Assembly: GCA_963662285.2 (NCBI GenBank)
Contig: CAXXMV010000001.1
Span: 1,088,001-1,152,000, forward strand
Source: a bacterium
GTDB taxonomy: Bacteria > Hinthialibacterota > Hinthialibacteria > Hinthialibacterales > Hinthialibacteraceae
Reading direction: 5' to 3'
Length of the DNA stretch: 64,000 nt
Shown here: one piece after another, positions 58,236 to 64,000 of the stretch
Layout: the number at the start of each line of letters is the position of its first letter
Position numbering within the stretch: position 1 is the stretch's first letter
Notes under the pieces: generated by a model
The model's database searches: none
What the model saw: only the letters and a program-made list of their open reading frames with translations
Told to the model about the DNA's origin: nothing
Program-made: the position numbers and the translations under genes

Positions 58236-59738
58236 TTATTCCTTTATCTCATTGGCTAACATCTGCCGCAAGGCCTTTTTTTCTATGGTTCCTTTGGCGG
58301 TTCGCGGCATTTGATCGACGAAAGTAAAACTATCAGGTATTTTGTATTCTCCCAGATGCTCGCGGCAGAATTTCCTCAAGACTGATTCATTGACATCATC
58401 CCGCGCCTGTTCGGCAAGCAGAACGAAGGCATGTGGAACTTCCTGGCGAAGTATATTCGGTTTGGCGACTACAGCTGATTCAATTACTGCGGGATGTTTA
58501 GCCAGTGTGTCTTCGATCTCTTGTGGATAGATATTCTCACCACCGCACAGGATAATATCTTTCAAGCGTCCCGCGATTTTCAAGTAACCATCTTCATCAA
58601 TCGATGCCATGTCTCCGGTTCGCAGCCAGCCTTCTTCATAAAAAGCAGCGTTGGTTGCTGCTTCGTTTTTGTAATAACCTTTCATAACCAGGTCGCCGCG
58701 GACGCATAGCTCGCCGATCTGATTCACGCCGAGAATAACGCCTTGTTCATCCCGCACCTGTACTTCCACACCGGGTAATGGCGGCCCGATGGTCCCGACT
58801 TTTATGCTTTCCGGGCGATTATACGCAACAACGGGAGAGGTTTCAGTCAATCCATAGCCCTGGAGAATTTCGTGGTTATATTTTTTCTTGAAGGCATAAT
58901 AAACCTCATCGGGCAACGGGCCTCCACCGGAAATGGCGAAACGCAAGTTATTATTTGCAGCTGCGCTGTCTGGAGCAAAACGCGCAGCCATCATCAACAT
59001 CGGAGATACGGCGGCAAAGATAATATTCGGTTCAGTCAAGAATGCCTCAACAATTTTCCGGGGATCGAACTGGATGAATAGGTGCAGCCGTGATCCAGTC
59101 AACAACGCGCCATACAGATTCACTGTCATAGCGTAGGTGTGATGAAGGGGGAGACAGCCTATGAATGTATCATGTTCGTTGAAATTAATAATTTGTTTGA
59201 AGCCTAGATAATTGGTATATATGTTCTTGTGGCTCAGCATTACGCCTTTGGGATTGCCGGTTGTGCCTGATGTATAAAGCAGCATGGATACTTCATCTGC
59301 TTTGGTAGTAGGAGATAACGGCGATGCTTCGGTCATGCCTTCTTTGACCAGGTCAACAATTGAAACCAGCTCGATATCATGACCGGATAGCTCTATGGCT
59401 TTTTTTGTAATCTCTTCCATTGCCGGATCAAATAGCAGCAAGTTAATGTCAGAATGGCGCATCAGCGATGCAATCTCTTCGGGATTCAACAATGGGCTGA
59501 AGGGAACCACAATATGTCCGGCGCCATGGATTCCAATTAAGCCGAAGACGAAATTGGGCGTATTGGGGGCGAATAGCCCGATATGGCATCGTTCTGGAAT
59601 GCGCTTTTTCAATGCATGACCCAAAGCGTTGCTGTTTTGTGACAATTGGCTGTAAGAAAGTTCTCCGCCTTCCCAAGTCAAGGCGGTTCTTTCCGCATTT
59701 TTCCGCGCTGATTCAATAAAAGCCGAATATAATTCCAT
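58236..59738 (-). CDS. long-chain fatty acid--CoA ligase (AMP-binding family)
   Basis: LYTSGTTGNPKG, QGYGLTETSP, LRTGD, GRLKD and GGENIYPQEIE. Confidence 0.93.
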   Translation of the reverse strand: MELYSAFIESARKNAERTALTWEGGELSYSQLSQNSNALGHALKKRIPERCHIGLFAPNTPNFVFGLIGIHGAGHIVVPFSPLLNPEEIASLMRHSDINLLLFDPAMEEITKKAIELSGHDIELVSIVDLVKEGMTEASPLSPTTKADEVSMLLYTSGTTGNPKGVMLSHKNIYTNYLGFKQIINFNEHDTFIGCLPLHHTYAMTVNLYGALLTGSRLHLFIQFDPRKIVEAFLTEPNIIFAAVSPMLMMAARFAPDSAAANNNLRFAISGGGPLPDEVYYAFKKKYNHEILQGYGLTETSPVVAYNRPESIKVGTIGPPLPGVEVQVRDEQGVILGVNQIGELCVRGDLVMKGYYKNEAATNAAFYEEGWLRTGDMASIDEDGYLKIAGRLKDIILCGGENIYPQEIEDTLAKHPAVIESAVVAKPNILRQEVPHAFVLLAEQARDDVNESVLRKFCREHLGEYKIPDSFTFVDQMPRTAKGTIEKKALRQMLANEIKE

Positions 59739-59849
59739 CGTATATAACTGCTCCTAATCTTCTTCTAGACTACGTTGAGATTTAAATTGAATAGAATAAC
59801 ATAAAAGCGTTAAAAATGAACGCAAGATGTTAAGAATGGTGGATATAAA

Positions 59850-60743
59850 TCATATTTGTTCATTATAAACTGGGAATTTATTTATTCCGTCGCCATGAAT
59901 TTCGAAGAAAACGACCTCTGGACGGCATAAAAAGCGGGGTCTGGATAATCGGCTTGATCCCAGCCCCCGCGTGGTGTAATAGGTTGTTCCATCTAACTGA
60001 TTGAATCCATAAGCCATTTTTCTAGGCGCCATTGAGCGGGTTATGATTGGCCCCCAAAAGGGTATGCATATCTGACCTCCATGAGTATGGCCTGATAAAA
60101 CCAGATCGGCGCCGACTTGGGCTAACTCCTGATATTTGTCGGGCGTGTGGATTAGAGTAAAACATAGTCCCTTTTTTTTATAATCCTTAAAAGTTGCCGG
60201 GATATCATCATGTTCGGTATATGGATCATCTATGCCAGCTATGGTAACAGGCATCCCATCCACTTTTACCGTCACTCTCTGGTTTTGCAAGACAACAATG
60301 CCTATCTCGGTCAGGCGTTGGGTGAGTTGTTCATGATCGTTGTAAACATGACATAAATCGTAGACCGAGGTGCTGGTGCGATGAAGAATGTTTTTTAGGC
60401 CAACGTGCAGAAAATCGTGGTTTCCGAGTACTGCATATATCCCATATCGCGCTTTCAGCGGACGCAGGGCTTCGATGCACAGGTCTATTCCCTGGTTGTT
60501 GTCGATAAAATCTCCAGTAAAAAAGATGAAATCCACTTCACAATCGGCCAATTGGTGCAGGAACTTTTTGCGGCCAACCGCTCCTTTGAAAAAATGAAGA
60601 TCGGATAAGTGTAGAATCCTTAGCGGTTTAGGCAGTGAACCGAGCAATTGGACTTTATGATGTAATATCCTTCGCCAACGCGGTTCGATAAACCAACTAT
60701 ATAAAGAAAAACCCGCCGCCGCAGCGGTCGCTTCAAGCCACAT
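59850..60743 (-). CDS. calcineurin-like metallophosphoesterase (YkuE-like)
   Basis: SDLH, TGDFID, LGNHD, HTPD and SGHTHGGQ. Confidence 0.93.
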   Translation of the reverse strand: MWLEATAAAAGFSLYSWFIEPRWRRILHHKVQLLGSLPKPLRILHLSDLHFFKGAVGRKKFLHQLADCEVDFIFFTGDFIDNNQGIDLCIEALRPLKARYGIYAVLGNHDFLHVGLKNILHRTSTSVYDLCHVYNDHEQLTQRLTEIGIVVLQNQRVTVKVDGMPVTIAGIDDPYTEHDDIPATFKDYKKKGLCFTLIHTPDKYQELAQVGADLVLSGHTHGGQICIPFWGPIITRSMAPRKMAYGFNQLDGTTYYTTRGLGSSRLSRPRFLCRPEVVFFEIHGDGINKFPVYNEQI

Positions 60744-60908
60744 TATGTTTACTCCTATTTATGAACATATTAGAAAATATACTTTTATAATTTTCTAAGA
60801 CCAAGGAGTGCGATGATTGACACGCTGCGCTTTGGCATGAGACAATTGATTGAAATCTCTACTAAAGTGATGTTTTTCGTATTTGTTCTTCAATAAAGGA
60901 GCCTGAAA

Positions 60909-62135
60909 TTGACAAAATGCACGCCAGTATCTGAATCAAACCGAATCGAATCTATTGACGTCCTGCGCGGTTTCGCACTATTGGGAATTCTGGTAATTAA
61001 CATTAATTCATTCGGTATGCCCTGGGCGACGGTGGATGCTAATCCTGTTTCTTACGGCGATATGAGTGGATGTAATATTTTGGTTTGGTTTATTTCTACT
61101 CTTTTTTTTAAGATAAAAATGATGAATATTTTCGCTATGCTGTTCGGCGCAGGTTTGGTTTTGATGACCAGCCGGATGGATCAAGGCGGCGCTTCATCTT
61201 GGAAAATATACTACCGTAGATCTTTGATACTGTTATTCTTTGGCGCGATTCACTCTTATTTGATCTGGGATGGAGACATTTTGCTGGTGTATGCGGTGTG
61301 CGGCTTCATCATCTTCTGGTTTAGAAAATTATCAGCCAAGTGGTTGATTATGATTGTCATCCTCATTATTTGCGCCCGGTTCGGGATGATGACCGGAAAA
61401 ATTGCTGGATTTGATAATCTAACCCAAGAGGAATTAAATCGTATGCGTGATTCATGGAATTGCGCAGATTCGGTAAAAACGGAACTGACTCAATATCGCG
61501 GTGGTTTTATACAGAACTTGTTATACCGGATAAAATCCAGCAGTTCCTGGCACATGAGTATCTTTACCGGATTTGGATTGCTGCAATTTTTGCAAATGAT
61601 GTTTTTAGGCATGGGTTTGTATAAATTGGATATTTTTAGCGCCGTACGTTCTTACCGGTTTTATCTTATCATGATAATCATTGGCTTTCTGACGGGATTA
61701 TCAATGACCGGCTATGGCGTCTTTTGCTTGGTGAATTCCAACTGGGATGCGGTTGTTGGGCGTTCAATATATAAGCCTTTGTTATATTTCTCTTCTCTTT
61801 TTATCAGCCTGGGTTGGATCGGCTTGGTTATGATGGCGTGCAAGGGCGGATGCTGCCGGTGGTTGCTTAGATGCTATGCTGCTGCGGGTCGAATGGCGTT
61901 GAGCAATTATCTTATGCATAGTTTCATCTGCACATTTATATTTTATGGATTCGGTCTGGGATATTACGGCTATCTGGAGCGCTGGGAATTAATAGTAGTA
62001 GTGGCTTCGATATGGGGATTGCAATTACTAATATCTCCAATCTGGTTGCGCTATTTCCGTTTCGGGCCGTTTGAATGGCTATGGCGTTCTTTGACCTATC
62101 TTAGTTTTCCGCCCTTCAGGCGCCGCAAAGTGTGA
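60909..62135 (+). CDS. DUF418 (YeiB-like) membrane protein
   Basis: RIESIDVLRGFALLGIL, FAMLFGAG, GDIL, GRMALSNYL and FRFGPFEWLWRSLTY. Confidence 0.93.
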   Translation: MTKCTPVSESNRIESIDVLRGFALLGILVININSFGMPWATVDANPVSYGDMSGCNILVWFISTLFFKIKMMNIFAMLFGAGLVLMTSRMDQGGASSWKIYYRRSLILLFFGAIHSYLIWDGDILLVYAVCGFIIFWFRKLSAKWLIMIVILIICARFGMMTGKIAGFDNLTQEELNRMRDSWNCADSVKTELTQYRGGFIQNLLYRIKSSSSWHMSIFTGFGLLQFLQMMFLGMGLYKLDIFSAVRSYRFYLIMIIIGFLTGLSMTGYGVFCLVNSNWDAVVGRSIYKPLLYFSSLFISLGWIGLVMMACKGGCCRWLLRCYAAAGRMALSNYLMHSFICTFIFYGFGLGYYGYLERWELIVVVASIWGLQLLISPIWLRYFRFGPFEWLWRSLTYLSFPPFRRRKV

Positions 62136-62217
62136 TCATGAGCGTGTTCTTAAAGAATGCTTGACATCTTTATGTCTATAGTGAGAGAATGGATAAAACC
62201 TACAGGGAGCAATCATA

Positions 62218-64000
62218 ATGCTAAAATTCAATAATCCTGTTTTCTCAATTTCCTTCGTACTCAGTTTGATTATTTCATTGAATGCTGTTGCCGATTGGCC
62301 GACCTACCGCGCTGATATTGCGCGCAGTGGCAATGCTTCCGGCAAGTTGGATACAGCGCTTAATCTGCAATGGATATATTATCCTTCCCAGGCGCCCAAA
62401 CCGGCTTGGCCTGCTCCAGCCTCGGAACGACCGAGAATGCATGTGGATAATGCATATCATTCAGTGATTGCAAATGATACTGTTTATTTTGCCGTGAGCA
62501 TGACGGATAAGATATACGCTATCGACATCAACACGGGTGATGTTTGTTGGGATTTTTCTACTGATGGCCCGGTTCGTTTTGCTCCGGTATATTCTGATGG
62601 AAAACTCTACGCTGGATCGGATGATGGTTACGTTTATTGCCTGGATAGCGAAGACGGCTCTTTGATCTGGAAATACCGCGCAGGACCAAGCGACGAGAAA
62701 GTCATCGGTAATGGACGCATGATTTCTATGTGGCCAGTGCGCACGGGGTTACTGGTTGATGAAGGCGCAGTGTATTTCGCCGCAGGCGTTTTCCCCTATG
62801 AGGGATTATATATCTGCGCTTTGCAAGCCGCTGATGGCGAGGAATTATGGATAAATGATACTATCGGAGACCGGGCGCATGAGTTCGCTTATGGCGGCAT
62901 GTCGCCCTACGGTTATCCGGTCGCTTCCAACGATATTCTGTATATCCCCTCAGGCCGTTCAATGCCGACAGCTTTCAATCGTCATACGGGAGAATTTTTA
63001 TTCAATGCTTCTCCCGGAGGAAAACGGGGCGGCGCATGGGCTTTATTAGATAGCGACCGGCTTATTTCGGGAGTAGACTTTTCAGGCGTTCCTCACAAGG
63101 TCGAATACGATGCCGCAACAGGGCGGCGCAACGGCGACCTGTTCGCCTGGTTCCCTGGAATCGATTTAGTGGTATCCCAAGATGTATCCTATGTATTGAC
63201 GCTGGATGGCATCTATGCGATTGATCGCGCCAAATACGCCAAGTGTGCGGCGCAATCACAAGTCATAGAGCAAAAGCGAAAATTGGCTTCTACCCGATTA
63301 TCAAAACTTCGCGAAGAACTACGTAATTCAAATAGTCAAGATAACAACCAACTCTTAAATGAATTAGCCAAAGAATTATCCGCCTACGACAAAGAAGACT
63401 TGAGACTGAAAACGGATTGCTATCTGTGGAAACATTCCGGTAAGCATTATTCTTCATTGATCAAGTATGGATCCACCATTTTCGCTGGCGGCGACAATAA
63501 GATTGTTGCAATCAATGCGGCATCCGGCGAAGAGACATGGCGTTCAGATATCCAGGGACGCGTGACTGGATTATCCGCATCAGATTCAGGATTGATCGTC
63601 AGCAGCGACCAAGGGCCGGTTTACTGTTTCAGCAATACCAAGACGAAAGAAGTAAAAGAAACCAGGGAGTCTAATGTCGTCCGACCGCATGTTGCAAAAT
63701 CTTTAGAAGAAAAGTACCGCATCGCAGCCAAGGAATTGATCAATAGCAGTAGCTGGAAAAAAGGATACGCACTGGTTATTAACGGAGATGAAGGCCCGTT
63801 CGCCGATGAACTGGCGCGACAGTCTGATTTACAGATTATAGTTCTCGAAACAAATCCCGTAAAACGCGAAAAAGCGCGTCAATACCTTTTATCCACTGAG
63901 ATGTATGGAGTGCGGGTTGTTGTTGAATCGTGGGATATCCAGTCGCTGCCGGATTACTTCGCCAATCTGATTGTGGCCGATGGGCTATGCGACCAAGGCG
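62218..64000 (+). CDS. secreted PQQ-like (BamB-type) beta-propeller repeat protein, truncated by the window end
   Basis: Missing from the ORF track because it has no stop in the window. Hand translation: signal peptide, DWPTYRADIARSG, GPVRFAP, GSDDGYVYCLD...G..IWK, WPVRTG, AAGVFP; near the end a methyltransferase-like segment (GYALVI...LPDYFANLIV). Confidence 0.88.
   Translation, partial: MLKFNNPVFSISFVLSLIISLNAVADWPTYRADIARSGNASGKLDTALNLQWIYYPSQAPKPAWPAPASERPRMHVDNAYHSVIANDTVYFAVSMTDKIYAIDINTGDVCWDFSTDGPVRFAPVYSDGKLYAGSDDGYVYCLDSEDGSLIWKYRAGPSDEKVIGNGRMISMWPVRTGLLVDEGAVYFAAGVFPYEGLYICALQAADGEELWINDTIGDRAHEFAYGGMSPYGYPVASNDILYIPSGRSMPTAFNRHTGEFLFNASPGGKRGGAWALLDSDRLISGVDFSGVPHKVEYDAATGRRNGDLFAWFPGIDLVVSQDVSYVLTLDGIYAIDRAKYAKCAAQSQVIEQKRKLASTRLSKLREELRNSNSQDNNQLLNELAKELSAYDKEDLRLKTDCYLWKHSGKHYSSLIKYGSTIFAGGDNKIVAINAASGEETWRSDIQGRVTGLSASDSGLIVSSDQGPVYCFSNTKTKEVKETRESNVVRPHVAKSLEEKYRIAAKELINSSSWKKGYALVINGDEGPFADELARQSDLQIIVLETNPVKREKARQYLLSTEMYGVRVVVESWDIQSLPDYFANLIVADGLCDQG

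Noticed and set aside
60761-60776. Additional LexA box upstream of the metallophosphoesterase (TGAACATATTAGAA)
   Set aside because: Only the left half-site matches.

Overview
Bacterial chromosomal window of mixed GC content. It most resembles a free-living, diderm candidate-phylum organism of the Sumerlaeota/Hinthialibacterota type. That placement is inferred from a distinctive prepilin-like family and from Pro/Thr-linker plus dockerin-like secreted proteins, and was not verified. The backbone is housekeeping: tpiA, ispF, lptE-holA, aroC, gpmA, xth, lexA, miaB, rplM-rpsI. It is interleaved with secreted or membrane hydrolases, transporters and several small accessory inserts. I saw no tRNA, rRNA, CRISPR array, transposase, integrase or reverse transcriptase. 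Highlights: (1) a candidate LexA operator, TGAAC-N4-GT(A/G)CA, occurs twice in the lexA promoter and once in the promoter of an MrfA/Hrq1-type helicase 27 kb away; (2) two tandem secreted metzincin proteases share the same front half but carry different modules after a Pro/Thr linker, one a putative six-bladed beta-propeller and one a dockerin-like domain, and a second dockerin-like protein lies elsewhere in the window; (3) two orphan pilin-like genes share non-canonical C-terminal motifs and each is paired with a catabolic redox enzyme; (4) a translationally coupled Schlafen/AlbA_2-HATPase plus ParA-like cassette is a candidate defence module; (5) there is an AdoMetDC-spermidine synthase fusion; (6) a tandem-duplicated permease-like gene is split at an A6 tract; (7) a decaying AT-rich islet behind the helicase holds two nonsense-interrupted ORFs; (8) an unannotated 57-aa membrane peptide follows the NSS transporter. 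All family assignments come from motif recognition by eye; no database search was run.
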